From Daphnia carinata (Eukaryota), in contig NC_081331.1 of the NCBI RefSeq assembly GCF_022539665.2, positions 6,634,001-6,698,000 of the forward strand: DNA of 64,000 bases, in the 5' to 3' direction. The notes beneath the pieces are model-generated. The model was not told the origin of the DNA, made no database searches, and was given only the letters and a program-made list of their open reading frames with translations. How positions within the stretch are numbered: the stretch's first letter is position 1; each line of letters opens with the position of its first letter. Of the stretch, positions 35,977 to 49,539 are shown in pieces. Both the position numbers and the translations under genes were made by a program.

Positions 35977-37102
35977 ATTTTTTTTTATTTTTTGGTTTTT
36001 TTTTTTTTTCTTGAAAGAAACGGACGGAATCATCAGCTGTTCCTCATCTTGTTTTCTTCTCTTCACGCTGTCTGTCCTGTTCCTTGTGAAAGGCTTTTTG
36101 TCATCATCATCATCATCATCATCATCAATTTTTTTTTTCTTATTATATTTTCTTCTTCCTTCTTCTTCTTTCAAAAGCAAAAAAAAAAAACAAAAACAAA
36201 AATTATGTTGTAGATTAAAGAATTACGCTGTTTCTTTCAGTTTGTTCAATCCTCCTTTTCTTTTTCTTACTCTCTTTATTCGAGCCAACAAACAAAAGAA
36301 ATGCTTTATCCGATGAATTCCTGCCCCTCCGAAAAAAAAAAAAAAACCCTCCCCGACATCCCAGCAGCGGCTTCTTGTCACAAAAGATTGCTCGGCATGT
36401 TTTTGTTTTGTTTTTTTTTTGCGTCGGAACTAGTCACAACGGGGAGAGAGAGCGAGAGAGAGAGAGACAGAGAGCGCAAACGGGGCGAAAGAAAAACCAA
36501 ACAAAAAAAACAAAACAAAACAAAATCAAATGTTAACCAAAAGATGATGTAAACCACATAACATACACACACACACGCAGACAAGCCTAACCTGATGATG
36601 ATGGAAACATTTCTTTCTTTCTTTACATGTTTTTAAAAATAATTTTTGGTTTTCCTCCTCTTCTTTTCTTTTCTGTGTGTGTGTGTATCTCTCTTGTTCT
36701 AGACCGTCTAGTCGCTCCTACCCCGACATCCTCGATTGCATGATTAACAAACAAAAAAAAAAAAAATTTATAATTCAGCTAGTGATTTAACCCACACACA
36801 CACATATATATATATATATTATCACAATTCTATTCTATGTAAAACAAAAACAATTTCGCATAAGCTATAACGTTGGTAAAGAAAAAAAAAAAAAATGAAT
36901 TGAACGAATACCAGGAAACGATGCATTTCTTCTCGGCCGGAGTTCCAAAATATTGTATTTAAATGAAAAAAAAAAAAAAATAATAATAATAATATGAAAA
37001 GACATCAGCCATTTTCTTCATATGCGTCATGATGTATCCGTTTTGTGTGTGCAACCTTTTTTTTTTTTTTTTTTTCATTTCTATTTTTCTATCTTTCATT
37101 CT

Positions 37103-37133
<31 letters not shown>

Positions 37134-37556
37134 CTACGTGTACATTTGCGAGAGGAGGTCGAATCTTGTGTTTGTTTTCCTCCGTTTTCGCTCATCTTCT
37201 TCCTCGCTCGGTTGGATTTTGTCACTTTCTCTTTCCCATGCATCGTCAGCCTGAGGAAGAAAATACGAAACGATACCTTTCTCTTTGTTTGATCATTATT
37301 ATTTTATTTTATTTTAGTTATTTATTTTTTTTTTTTTTTGTTTCTTTTTCGTGCTATCAACCTCTACTACACTATACATGGAATAAAGTACAACAAATAA
37401 CTATTTACTATCAACTAGCTTCAAACAATGACTGTGACTTGTTTCAATATGGAAAACAAAGAAAAATTCGAATGATATCATTTTTCTTTTTCATTCAGAT
37501 TTCTAATGAACGATCGGCTCACGCCAACGCCCTGGCGTCCATCGTTTGGAACTTCT

Positions 37557-37594
<38 letters not shown>

Positions 37595-40500
37595 CTGATG
37601 CGTTCCTCTTCTTTTTAATTTATGTATATTTCCCACTCCTCTGTCTATTCCTCTTTATCCGTTGGGGACGCAGTGCCGCAACGCCGTCATCTCCCGTTCT
37701 ATCCTTTGTGTGTGTGCGTGTGTGTGTGTTCGTTGTGTCGTGCGTGTGTGTGTGTGTGTGTGTCCGCGCGTTGGGGTTTATTTAGTCTCCCGTGTAAAAC
37801 CCCCCTCTCCCCCTTCTTCCGTTCGCCATTTGTTTTTTGTTTTTTTTTTCGACCCCCCCCCCCCCTATCGATTTTTCTTGTTTTATATCCGTCATTTCAA
37901 TCCTTATTTCCTTCCTTCATTTCTTTTTGTACCATTATGTGGTCGAGTTCGATTAATATATATATACATATTATAATTATTTCTTTTTCTCTACGTGTAT
38001 CCTGAAGGCCATTGGAAAATATTGCGGGATTATTTTTATTTGCTTCTTCTTCTTTTTCTTCTTCTTTTTTTCCCACAATTTATTTTCAAACACCAACGCA
38101 AAAGAACAAAAAAAACAAAAAAAAAAAAAAAAAAAACAAAGCGATACAAATAGACATTCGCAACGTGCCGGCACCTATGTTTTTTTTTTGTTTTTTTTTA
38201 TTATTATTTTAAATATCGACGTGACTATTAAGACCCAACGGGACTGTCACGCTGTTCGGTCCAATGAGCAGTTAGCGATGCAGCGTCGGTTTTCCTATTG
38301 TGCGTGATGCGTCTTTTTTCTTTCCTTAACACTCCTGGGTATTTTTTTTTTTTTTTTTTAATTATTATTATAGTTTTAACTACTTTTTTTATTATCATTA
38401 AACGCGCGAGAGAGGCTATTGAATAAAATGCGGAACCGTTAAACAATTTTTTTTATGAAACAAAAAAAAAAAAAGAACAAAAGAATTGCGAAGCGCGTGA
38501 TGCCTGGGTATTGGGTTGCAATGGGGCGTGTAGACCGGAAAGGTGAACGAATGTCGGTACAAAGAGAAAGAAAAAAAAAAAGGGGCAAAACAAAAAAAAA
38601 CAAAAAAAAAAAAAAAATCTAGTCAGGATTATATACTGAACGGGTCACACGTGACACAATAACAAACGGGAACTCGGCTGATTACATCCGCCCAAATGCC
38701 CTACTTTGTTTTCTTCTTTTTCTTTTTTTGTTTCTTATTAGATTAAATCTTGATTGTTCGTACCGCGGAATTGAAGACGAAAGATAGCGGGCGGTTTCCC
38801 ATTTTTTTTTTTTTTTTTTTTTTAGGTGGGGAAATGTAAAGCGACAAGGGGCGAAGGAGAAAGAGAGAGAAGGAAGCAAAACAAAACAAAAAAAAAAAAA
38901 ACTTGTTGGGTGTGCGCATCCGGATCGATCGATACATCCGTTGGTGGAAGCAGAAAAGAGGAAGGATTGAAGGCAAGAGAAACTGTAAACAAAAGGCAAA
39001 AGAAGGGTGGTTGATATGTGCCAACGTTCTGATTGTGTTCTCTTCTCTCGTGTGTGTTATATCTCTATATCCGGTCCACCGACCTCTTTTTTTTCGCTAT
39101 TCCGTCCGCACTTGGCTACGAAAAAAGGGGCTTCTCTTTTCAACTTTATTTTATTTTTTATACCTTCCTCTTTTTACTCGACGGTCGACGCCATCAATCA
39201 ACATCACAATGGGAGACGAGAATATGGAGCCAAAGCCTTAAAAAAAAAAACCAAAAAAAAAAAAAAAAAAAAGGAGAATAAAACGCATTTTTGCTGTTTC
39301 ATTTCACAGAAATGAAAGGATCAAAACAAGAAAATTTGCCTACGGCGAGAGAAAACGGAACGAGAATTGATCGCGCTACCATTCACAGAGACATACGTAT
39401 ACATTACATAATTTGATCGAAAAAACCAATTGGATCGGGCAAAAAAAAAAAAAAAAAAAAAAAAATCTTTCAAAAGGATTTATTTATACCACAACACAAA
39501 TACGTTGAACGTATAAATATCCATCTAGCCCTTTCTTTTCCCATTCCTTTTTTTTTTTTTTTTTTTTTTTTTTAACCGCTTTGATTAGCCACGTTAGAAT
39601 AGGGACTATATCATAGCGGAGCCATAATCGACCGAGCGTGTGATTCGAATCAACCGCCAATGGTACCTCCATTCAAATAAAAAATACACAGATAAGGCTG
39701 GGAGGATAAGTTTGTCGTTTGGGTGAGGAAGCGGCGATATTATTAAACATGATTTTTCTTTTTCTATTTTCCCCTCCTTTACCAGCGGAGAGAATTAGAG
39801 AAATAAGAAGCAAAAAAAAAAAAAAAAAAAAAAAAAAATTATATTTATAGATATAGATATAAATAAATATAGTGGAAATAGAATGAAGAAAGGATAAAAA
39901 AAAAAAAAAAGAGAGAGATATAAAAAGAAATGAAATATGAAAATAAAGGAGAGAGAGAGAGAGAGAGAGAGAGAGACAAGGAAAAAAAAACCTCAACGGT
40001 TTTTGGTGGCGTGTTTTTGAGGAAAAAAAAAAGCTCCTGCTTACCGATGACCTGGAACTGGAATTTACCGGTGTCAGCTAGATCATCCTTCGAGGTATTT
40101 GAAAAATATCATGTTGGCGTAACAACCAACAAGGGTCATATAGCAACAAAAGAGATGTGGCATTAAGTGCAGCCACTTTTATTTTCTGTGCAGAATTCCA
40201 GCCATCAGGCGGACCGTCTGAATTCATTCGGCTTTCAGGAGGGAAAACACGACCGACCTGAATCCACTAACACAAGCAAAATCCGACGCAACCTTTTTCT
40301 GTTATTTCTTGCGGGGATCCACTTTGAAAAACCGGTTTTCTTTTTTGTGTGTGTGTGTGTGTGTGTGTGTTGTATTCAAACTGCTGTATAATCGAACTCA
40401 CCTCGAATGTAAAGCCGACGGGCAAAGTGTGCTCTAATTGCAAACGATATTTGATATCCTCGTGATATGTGATCTTATTCTCTTCATTTTTCAAACTCCT

Positions 40501-41129
40501 CCAGCTATTTAGAAACGAAAAAAAAAAGAATAGAAATTCAATCCCTAAATTGTGTGGCCATCATTAGTCAAATGAATGGTAAATGTTATTTTTTTTTTTA
40601 GAGTGGGATTGCTCTTTGAATGACGAAATTGCTTGCATTAGCAATGAAGGCAAAGAGTCCGACAACACAGTACGCCCTTTGACGGTTGATTAGTTGGAGG
40701 AATATTCAAGTCACGTGCACGTATATATTTTAATAACTTAATATGCAACAGTGAATGCCGCTTTGCGAGCGTGAATAAGAAGTCGATATTCAGGCTTTAA
40801 TTTTTTTGTATAAACAATGTCAGAAAAAAGAAAATTTTTGTATATGTTCACTTGAAACCAAAAGATGGCGTCAGAAGGATTGATTAATGGGTTTTGCAAG
40901 AAATGGTCACCATAGAGACACGGCGCTGTTGTATTGTGTGTACATATACACAAATAAAGGAAAAATTCGGGACTAGCGAGACCAACAGTCAAACACACCT
41001 TCTATTTTCCTCCCGATAAAGAAGTGTTGCAACCTGTACTAGTGACTGTGACTCTCACTCGTTACGTCGCTTCTTTAAACAACGGTGGGCTTAAAAGAAG
41101 TATAGCTTTTCTGTTAAGTAATAAAAGCA

Positions 41130-42859
41130 ATGACAGACCCTGGAAATTCGCAGCCGTCTTCAGTATCCCGAAAGCCGTCAAGTGAGAAGTTATATATTGT
41201 ATAGCATTTTACAAAAAAATTCTGTATATTGGTTTATGAGCACTGGAAGGTAATGTTACATTCCATTTCAGATAGTGCTTTTAAACAGCAACGATTGCCA
41301 GCTTGGCAGCCCATCTTAACTGCTGGGACAGTTCTGCCTACTTTCTTCATCATAGGTGTTGCTTTCATACCAATTGGTATCGGCTTGCTTCATTTCTCAA
41401 ATAACGTAAGTAACCTTTAAATTGTTTCATTCAGTCAAAGTGTTACACTTATTAATGATTTTAGGTAAAAGAGTTTGTCTATGACTACACAGACTGCATT
41501 AGCCAAGAAGACACAAACCAAACATGCGCAACAATTCTGGAATCAGATATTACTAAAAGCTGCACCTGTATTCTGCCAGTTAATTTGACTGAAACATATG
41601 ATGTAAAGTTTGCCTGTGTAGGATGCGCTTTAAAGTTATAACTCTGAAGTTTGTGCACACCAGGGAGATGTATACATCTACTATGGCTTGAGTAATTTTT
41701 ACCAAAATCATCGACGCTATGTCAAGTCAAGAGATGATCACCAACTGCTGGGTGTACTGGGTCCTGTCTCCAATGAGTGTGATCCATTTGCCCGCTATCC
41801 AGATCCCAACAACCCAGCTATCACGAAACAAGTGGTTCCTTGTGGTGCTATAGCCAATAGCATTTTTAATGGTATTCCCAATAATTTAGTATCTGCAGAT
41901 ACAAACTGGTCTAATGTTTGAATTGATCTCTTTACTAGATACGTTGAAGCTGCATAGAGAAGATGGTCAACCTGTTCCCGTTCTGAACACAGGCATTGCT
42001 TGGCCTTCTGACAAACAAATGAAATTCAGGAACCCACCAAATAGCAACACCAACTTGAGTGAAGGTAGCCCATCGTTGCAGTGTTTCACCTGTTGTTAAA
42101 TTTATTACCATTCCATTCCCTTCATTGCAACAGTGTACAAGGATTACATCAAACCCCAAAATTGGAGAAAAAACATCTGGGAACTAGACCCTTCCAATCC
42201 TGAAAATAATGGCTTGCAGAACGAAGATTTAATTGTTTGGATGAGAACGGCTGCGTTACCGACATTCCGTAAGTTGTATCGTCGTCTAAACCGCACTGCC
42301 GAAGGTTACAATTCCGGACTTAAAGCTGGCAACTACGTTCTCACTGTAGAATATAGTAAGTATGCTCACGCTTAGGATCTCATAAATTGTATTGTTCTTT
42401 CGTGTGCTCAGTGCTTCACGCGAGATTGAACAAAGCGTAATTTCTTGAAATATTTTTATATTAGATTATCCAGTGAAATCCTTTGCCGGTAGTAAGCGAA
42501 TCATAATTTCGACAACTTCGTTGCTTGGTGGCAAAAACCCTTTCCTCGGCATCGGTTACATTGTGGTGGGTTGCATCGTTCTTCTCCTCGGCATCGTTTT
42601 TCTCATCATTCACATAAAGTGTGGTAAAAGGTACGAACGTGTGCTACGCTTTAAAACTTTGATTTTACTGTCGTTGTCTGTATATCACTCTTTGCGTGCT
42701 AAACTGGTACGTAGTGAAGGATGCAGAGAATGCTCAGTGACATTTTAGAACATTAGTGTCTCTCGAACCGTGTCGAATTGTCATAATGGTGTTCGTCTAT
42801 TTTCGTTTTTCAGTACTAGTGAAATGACCAACGTTACTCCCCGCTCGCCGTACCAATGA
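41130..42859 (+). CDS. TMEM30A: Cell cycle control protein 50A (P4-ATPase flippase beta subunit)
   Basis: [18 protein letters not shown]1, [74 protein letters not shown] across GT-AG exons; ATG 41130, TGA 42857-42859. Confidence 0.95.
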
Positions 42860-43924
42860 AATACGTCAGATGCAAGGAAGAGAATTTCTCTAATGGCTAT
42901 CACCTTGAAATGGGGACTACTGAAACTGGGGCAATCGCAGCGTTTTCCCTGCTAGTCTTAATTTTGTTTGTGGCTGATTTAAACATTGTTTGTGTACCTT
43001 TTTCTTCTAGCTGTAACGATACGTCTTTAACTTCATTCACCTACAAACCATTTTTGCACAACCTGCAGTTTTGACGGAAATAACCAGATAAGAAAAATAA
43101 CCAGAAACCCAGTCTCTGGAAATAATTAAAGAGAACGATCATATCCGTAGGTTATGTGCGTCTTACCTTTCCGGCGAAAACATAAGTTTCGGTTTCTGTA
43201 TTTATGTATCTTTAATAAAATGTTAAATTCAAAGTTTTGTTTCTTGCATCCAAGGATTGGCCAGCAAGAGCTTTTTCGGAAAGTTGTTCGCGAAGAATAA
43301 TAAATCGTTGTTCATTGTTTGTACAGGGATAACTGACATTGGCTGTTTGGTGGATAAGTGTTATTTTTAGACTTTCTTCCTTCAGTATTAGTAACCATTC
43401 CAGCATTTTCGAAAAAAACTTTTTGGCACATTCAGAATACAATGTCTACGGCTCTTGTCGTTCATTTAATGGATAACTAAGCTTATCTTTGCGATACCTC
43501 GCGAAAAGAACAGAAGAAAGAGTAATTTGATTGAAAGATCTTTTTCATACGAATGAGGCCGAATAGGTTAAAAATTATTCTTTTGAGCCCCCATCACTAT
43601 ACATATCATTTAAAGAATACCTGAAAGTAATCCTATTTTCTGGTTTCATTTCATTTACCGTTTTAATTATTGGTATTGGATGGGGTGGTAACAAACCAAT
43701 CCAAGATCAAAATAATGTGTCAATTTGCCAAAAAAATCGTCTTATTGCCTAGTGCTCGTCCGCGAGTAACAACTTCCACGTTAGAGGGCTCCTCGTAGTC
43801 TTCGATTTCCTCGATGATTTCCACGTTCCAGTAACATGAATCACGCCTCTTCGTCAACCAGTAAGCAACTGCAATAGTTTTATATTACAACCGGCAATAT
43901 TAAGTCATTTGTTATTTTTGTGAA

Positions 43925-44885
43925 ATGAATAATATGATTGAGCTATGCTACTGCAACGGATCTGTTTTGGTCTGGAATGTAGAAGGTGATAATAAATTTG
44001 CTACACTTATTATTTCAAAGTATATTGCATGCATTCAAATCACGCTTTCTTTAATACAAAGATGCTCACAGGTTACGGTCCGAACACAGAATAGTGGGAA
44101 ATTTTATTGGTTGCTTACCTTCTTTACCAAGACAGGATCAGATGCTAGGTTTACCAATGGAATTAATGACAGAAGAGGTTTTCCATCTAGCTACAAGAGG
44201 AATAGTGAACATTGTTGAATACAAACAACTGTACCATCCCGCTGAAGAACATCTTAAGCAGAAAACAGAAAATATGCTTAAAGCTAGCTTTTCTGAGCAG
44301 CAAGTAATCTTCAAGGAGGAACGGATCAAGCAGCTAATGTTAATGGCAGATAAAATTATTGAGGGGAAGAGAAGAAAAACAAATGGCATTATAGATGAGG
44401 AATTGGTACTGCAAGAAGAAATAAGAAAAATACCTGAAATGTCTGAAGATTTGATGATGGTTCAAATTTTTACAAGTAAACATTGCTTGCAAGCATGTTC
44501 TCGACAAACATTTGATCAACAAATATTTTATAGAATCTTGGTTTCTATTGTTACAGGACCTTTCTGGACATGTCGAGGAGAAGCTGCAGAGTATAGTATC
44601 AGTCTGACTCTTAGGTGCAGGGTTTTCAGTGATTTGTGGGAGAAGGGTTATTACATAACAGCTGGTGAGAAATTTGGTGGTGATTTCTTGGTCTATCCAG
44701 GAGACCCATTTAAATTTCATTCACATTATATAGCTGTGTGTGTTGATGAAAATCAATTGCTGACTCCTTATTTCCTTATTCAGAAAGGTCGTTTGGGAAC
44801 AAATGTAAAGAAAACAGTATTGCTGTGTACTGTGAATGAGGATGGTGAAATAATGTATCAATCTTTGAATTGGAATGGAAAATGA
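43925..44885 (+). CDS. TSEN34: tRNA-splicing endonuclease subunit Sen34
   Basis: VGNFIGCLPSLPRQ...GLPMELMTEE and the catalytic region VFSDLWEKGYYITAGEKFGGDFLVYPGDPFKFHSHY...GRLGTNVKK; introns ~43986-44061 and 44476-44556. Confidence 0.93.
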
Positions 44886-44941
44886 GCTGAATTACAAGGA
44901 ATGAAAAGACATGTTTGAATTTTTTATTTTCAGTTTTCAAT

Positions 44942-45531
44942 TTATACTTCATCTTCATTTGCCAACATGTTAGGAATTCCATCTGTGACAGGGAATTTTC
45001 TTCCAGTTTCTGGACACACCAAATCTCCATTTATGACTTCAATCTAAATAACAAATAAAAAAAAAAGAGCAGAATAAAATACTAATCCCTAGGAGACTAT
45101 TATTATTTTTGTTTTTAGAAAATCAATATCTACCTCCATTAGGAAGTGATGAGCCTTTTTCAAGAATTCTTCATTGTTTTCATAATCTTCCACGACAGCA
45201 GGGGGTAAATCATCTAAATGCCCCAGCTGGAAAGTGAAAAAGTTATATATTACAAAGTGCAAAAAGGAAACTGATGAACATTTTTCTTTACATTTTCTGC
45301 AGCTTTGCAAAGAGCTGGCCAATCCACTTTTTGAATCATGCGAGAAATGAACTCAGGGTTGAATTCAACTTCATTTACTTTAACTTCTTTGGCCTGTATG
45401 TGACACCATCAAAACATTAGAAATTTATGGTTACAAGCAAAAATCTTACTTACAACAATTCCTAGTGGATAGCCAACGGTTACACCTTTTAAACATTTAG
45501 AAGTTAATATGTTGTGGGTTAAAAGCTTCAT
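44942..45531 (-). CDS. TRMT112: Multifunctional methyltransferase subunit TRM112
   Basis: [11 protein letters not shown]...GYPL|...[16 protein letters not shown]|...[44 protein letters not shown], four exons. Confidence 0.95.
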
Positions 45532-45844
45532 CTTTAATGTGTTAAATTCTAGCGATATTGACAGTGGTGCAGACCGAACCCACGTGTATTCCAAAACAAG
45601 CGGCTGCTGCCGCTTCTCGCCGACTCACTTTCCATCTGCAAATAAAAGGTGATTATGTGGTTTTTTATATGAACACCAACTTCCGATTTTCGTTCACATA
45701 ATTTAAATCGAAAAAAATATATACGTTTTACTAAAGCAATAAATAATTCTGTTCTTTATTACTATTTCACCAAACACTGTTTTGAAATTTGGCAAACAAG
45801 CAACGCAAAAAAATTTGTACTGGCAACGTTCTAGTCTTGCTGGT

Positions 45845-45865
45845 TAGTGTCTTTTCTTTTTATTG
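45845..45865 (+). promoter_or_regulatory. Polypyrimidine (TCT/5'TOP-like) start site of RPL7
   Basis: tcttttctttt about 35 nt upstream of the ATG, typical of ribosomal protein genes. Confidence 0.55.
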
Positions 45866-45884
45866 GTCTTGTCTCTGCCTAAAC

Positions 45885-47508
45885 ATGTCAGCCGCTACAG
45901 GGTAAGTTGAATATTTTCATCTCGAAAAATCTAATTCATCGACCAATGCTTGTCGAAACCAAGAGTTGTTTTGCAAAGCTAGTTATGTAAAATACCCGAT
46001 TCGTCCCAGTGTATGTTGTTTTATGGTGCGAAATTGACTTGTAACAAGTTCCAGTTAAGTCGGATGTGACGAGTGTTGTTGCAGAGTAGTAGACATGTGC
46101 GGAATGCCATCTTATTGGACCAGCTGCTGATCGTTCTTAATTTGTTTGAATTAGGAAAGTCCCGGCCAAGGTGGTCCCACCGCCACAACCATCTAAATCT
46201 AAGTTGCCAGCTGTTCCCGAATCCCTGTTGAAGCGCAGGAAGAAGCAAAAGGCCGAACGCACCAAGAGGCTTGAACAAGCCTTAAACGTAAGTGCCTGGT
46301 ACTTTAGTGATATTACAGGTCCACTAACTACATTTCCCCGATTACAGTACCTTAAGGCTCGTCGTGCCAGGCGTGTTGAGATCTTCAAACGTGCCGAGAA
46401 ATACATCAAAGAGTACAGGACCAAGGAGAGGGATGAAATCAGGCTAGCCCGTCAAGCCAAGAAGGAAGGAAACTTCTATGTTCCAGCTGAGTCCAAGTTG
46501 GCCTTTGTCATCCGTATCCGAGGGTAATTTGTTTTAAGTTGTTTTCCAAGACTTGTACTAAAAGTTTATAATCCCTTAGTGTCAACCAAGTCGCCCCTAA
46601 AGTCCGCAAGACTCTGCAGTTGCTCAGGCTCCGACAGATCAACAATGGTGTTTTTGTCAAGCTTAACAAGGTAAAATTAAATACCTAATCATTCCTGTTA
46701 ATTGTATATGATGACCCACAATGTTTGAAGCACAATGAAACAAAATCCATACTGTTCACCTTGGAGATCTGAAGCAATTGTTATTAAAAAGTGCATTGGT
46801 GTTGAACATCTGAAATTAAAACCCTGAACTTTTGTAGGCTACCTTGAACATGTTGCGCATTTGCGAGCCCTACATCACTTGGGGCTACCCCAATCTGAAG
46901 AGCGTTCGCGACTTGATCTACAAACGTGGTTTCGCCAAGGCACGCGGTCGTCGCATTCCTCTTACCAGCAACGATATCATCGAACGAAAGCTTGGTTAGT
47001 GTTATATTTTGGTCGTAGTCGTAAACTGGCTGCTGGAATAACTCGAACGGGAATACTGAAATACTTCATTTTTAGGCGCTGGAAACATTATCTGTATGGA
47101 AGATTTGGTCCACACGATCTTCACCGTCGGAGGCCACTTCAAACACGCCTCCAACTTCCTTTGGCCATTCAAGGTATTTGCATACTTGCGTTATTTCAGT
47201 TGTGACAGTTTAAATAGTTTAAGTGGCGTTACCTATTGTATCGTGCACGTTTTATTGTCAAAGAATATTGATCGTAGTATATCCTTCGCCTTGTCTCAAT
47301 AGACCTGGGGAGTGGAAAGCTGCGCAACAGTTTAAAAATACTTTGTTTAATGCATTGAATTTAGTACTTGATTTTAAAACGTAATTTTGTTTCGCAGTTG
47401 AACACACCAACTGGTGGCTGGCGCAAGAAGACAACCCATTACGTCGAGGGTGGTGATTTCGGCAACCGCGAAGAGAAGATCAACGAACTCCTCCGCCGAA
47501 TGATTTAA
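45885..47508 (+). CDS. RPL7: 60S ribosomal protein L7 (uL30)
   Basis: [106 protein letters not shown]...[22 protein letters not shown]. Confidence 0.97.
46700..46779 (+). ncRNA. Box C/D snoRNA in an RPL7 intron (SNORD55/U39-like guide)
   Basis: C box ATGATGA 46708-46714, D box CTGA 46769-46772, terminal stem AATTGT/GCAATT; antisense element CTGTTCACCTTGGAGA complements the conserved 28S segment TCTCCAAGGTGAACAG. Confidence 0.85.
47203..47332 (+). ncRNA. Box H/ACA snoRNA candidate in the last RPL7 intron
   Basis: Hairpin TGACAG...TTGTCA, H box AGAATA (47262-47267), second hairpin CGTAGT...GCTGCG, ACA at 47327-47329; ~130 nt in an enlarged intron. Confidence 0.7.
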
Positions 47509-47924
47509 ATGCTAGATAATGGTGTCCCTTGGTCATGGCATGTGTAATACAAACGTCGTGACTCGAATATCGGTTTTCATATTATTATACGTTAGTATCT
47601 GACGTTCTGTTCCAACCGAAACAAGGAAACAGAAGTCCTTCGTAGGAAACCGTGATTAAGAATCACTTACGTACTCGGTACATACCTGTTCTGATGTGAA
47701 ATCGTGATCATAACGCGCCGAACGAAAGGCGGAAGGCAGTACTAGTAGGTGCACGGTCCTAATTGTGAAACCATCTCGTAGATGGCGCAGTTGCATCGAG
47801 GCTTGATGTGTTGCTGTGGTTACGAGTAGGCAAGCAATTGTTTTTATTACAAGTTTCGTCCTTGTGATTGAGATTTACGAGAAAGGGAGAGACGGTCGTA
47901 CAATTGTGTTTAGCTTATTAGGAG

Positions 47925-48584
47925 ATGGTGAGAATCAATAAAGTCCTGCTCTGTGGAGCCAAACAGATAGGGAAGTCTGCAATTCTAGAACAACTGATTT
48001 ACGGACACGTCACTAGAGATTCGGTACATGCACAGCACCATTGCTAAACAGCAAATGCTCAATGATCCTTTAATTAAATAAATAAATTGTTTCTTATATT
48101 GTAGATTTTTCACCCTACAATAGAAGATACATATGAATGTCATGTTGACACAGATAGAGGAGTGAAGGAGCTTATCCGATTCTATGACCTGGGTGGAATC
48201 ACTTCCAAAAACAAAGAAATTCCGCGCCACTACTTTAATGTTGCAGATGCCTATATCCTAGTGTATGGTATCAATAGCCATGAGTCTTTCCTCATCATGG
48301 ACTCTTTGAAAAAAGAAATCGACAGGAACAAGGAGAAGAAAGATGCAGTAATGATTGTCTTGGGAAACAAGCTGGATTTGGTAGAAGAAAGACAAGTGGA
48401 TTATTCTCAGGCCTCTTTATGGGCTGCAAAGGAACGTGTTAGACTGTTTGAGATCTCAGTTTTTGACCAGCAAACATTGATAGAACCATTTGTGTATCTT
48501 TCTTCGAAATTGAATCCACCCCCACAAAAATCTACTTTTCCTCAGTTAAGCATGGGCATGGGAAGAAGCAAAATCAAAGATTGA
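47925..48584 (+). CDS. NKIRAS: NF-kappa-B inhibitor-interacting Ras-like protein (kappaB-Ras)
   Basis: Exons 47925-48023 and 48105-48584: KVLLCGAKQIGKSAILEQLIYG, PTIEDTY, TDRGVKE, VLGNKLD, and C-terminal LSSKLNPPPQKSTFPQL without a CaaX box. Confidence 0.92.
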
Positions 48585-49539
48585 ATCCCACTATTAAACT
48601 TGTTATTGTGTTATTTTCCTGTTATGTTTTCAGTATTATAAAAACTTTCCTATTTGTCATATGAAATCTCAGTTTCGTCTTTGGATAAAAAAAATACGAC
48701 GTGCATACTCCGTCGTGTACAAAATGAATTAGTACGCCAATTGAAACACACAAAAAACCTCGTTCCTCTTCTTTGTTGCTGCAAAGAAATTGTTTGTGAT
48801 ACACACAGTGTAAATATATAGCCCATCATGCATGATCTTAAAAAATAATATACACAGTCTCTGAACTGCTGTGCTTGTTGGATTATTTGTCTTCTTAAAA
48901 TGCGGATCGAAACAACATTCGTTATAAATATATACTGTATTTTAAAACCAGCTGGTTCCGGCTGCCATACGCTGGATTATGAAAAGAATAACAGCGGATG
49001 CCACAAAAAGCGGAAAAAACAACATGATATATGAAAAAAAAATAATAATAATATGTATAGAAAAAGGAATGATTATACATTGTTGATACTGCTCACTACG
49101 TGTATAATTCCTCGTCGACTGTGAAACAAAATAAGCGACAGCGCCGCACTACATGATGACAGCGGGAAGGAAGGCAGAAGACGGCGTGCAGACTTAATAA
49201 TCACTTTGCTATTCAAACACGGATATAAGGACGGGAAAATGAACAGACTAACGTATACAGACTTCAACAATCTCAGCTACTCCTGATTACAAAAGCATCA
49301 CGTACGCCGTCCATGTTGAGAGTGCAACGAAATAAATGAAAAAAAAAAAAATCATAAAACATATTTAAACACAGACAAAATTTTGGAAAAAATAAAAAAA
49401 AATAATTGGAGGAAGAGGAGTAATGCATTTTTGGCGCGCCCGGCGACGCCGCTCTCATTCCACGCCGCGGCACTTTTTCCGGGCCAGTTGACGACCAGCA
49501 TCCGAGCAGAGAGGACGCGCCGTTTTATACATCACTCAT

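Noticed and set aside
33158..36180. Long antisense or alternate-frame ORFs (230, 212, 308 aa) over IQSEC
   Set aside because: Shadows of GC-rich coding exons; no recognisable motifs.
19600..40000. Dozens of ORFs rich in poly-Phe, poly-Lys and Cys-Val repeats
   Set aside because: Translations of homopolymer and (CA)n/(GT)n tracts in introns and UTRs.
4859..44885. Functional link between TSEN34 and the intron-containing tRNA-Ile
   Set aside because: They are 39 kb apart with unrelated genes between; probably coincidence.
45960..46125. Possible third snoRNA in RPL7 intron 1
   Set aside because: The intron is enlarged and has hairpin potential, but I found no properly placed H/ACA or C/D boxes; worth an Rfam scan.
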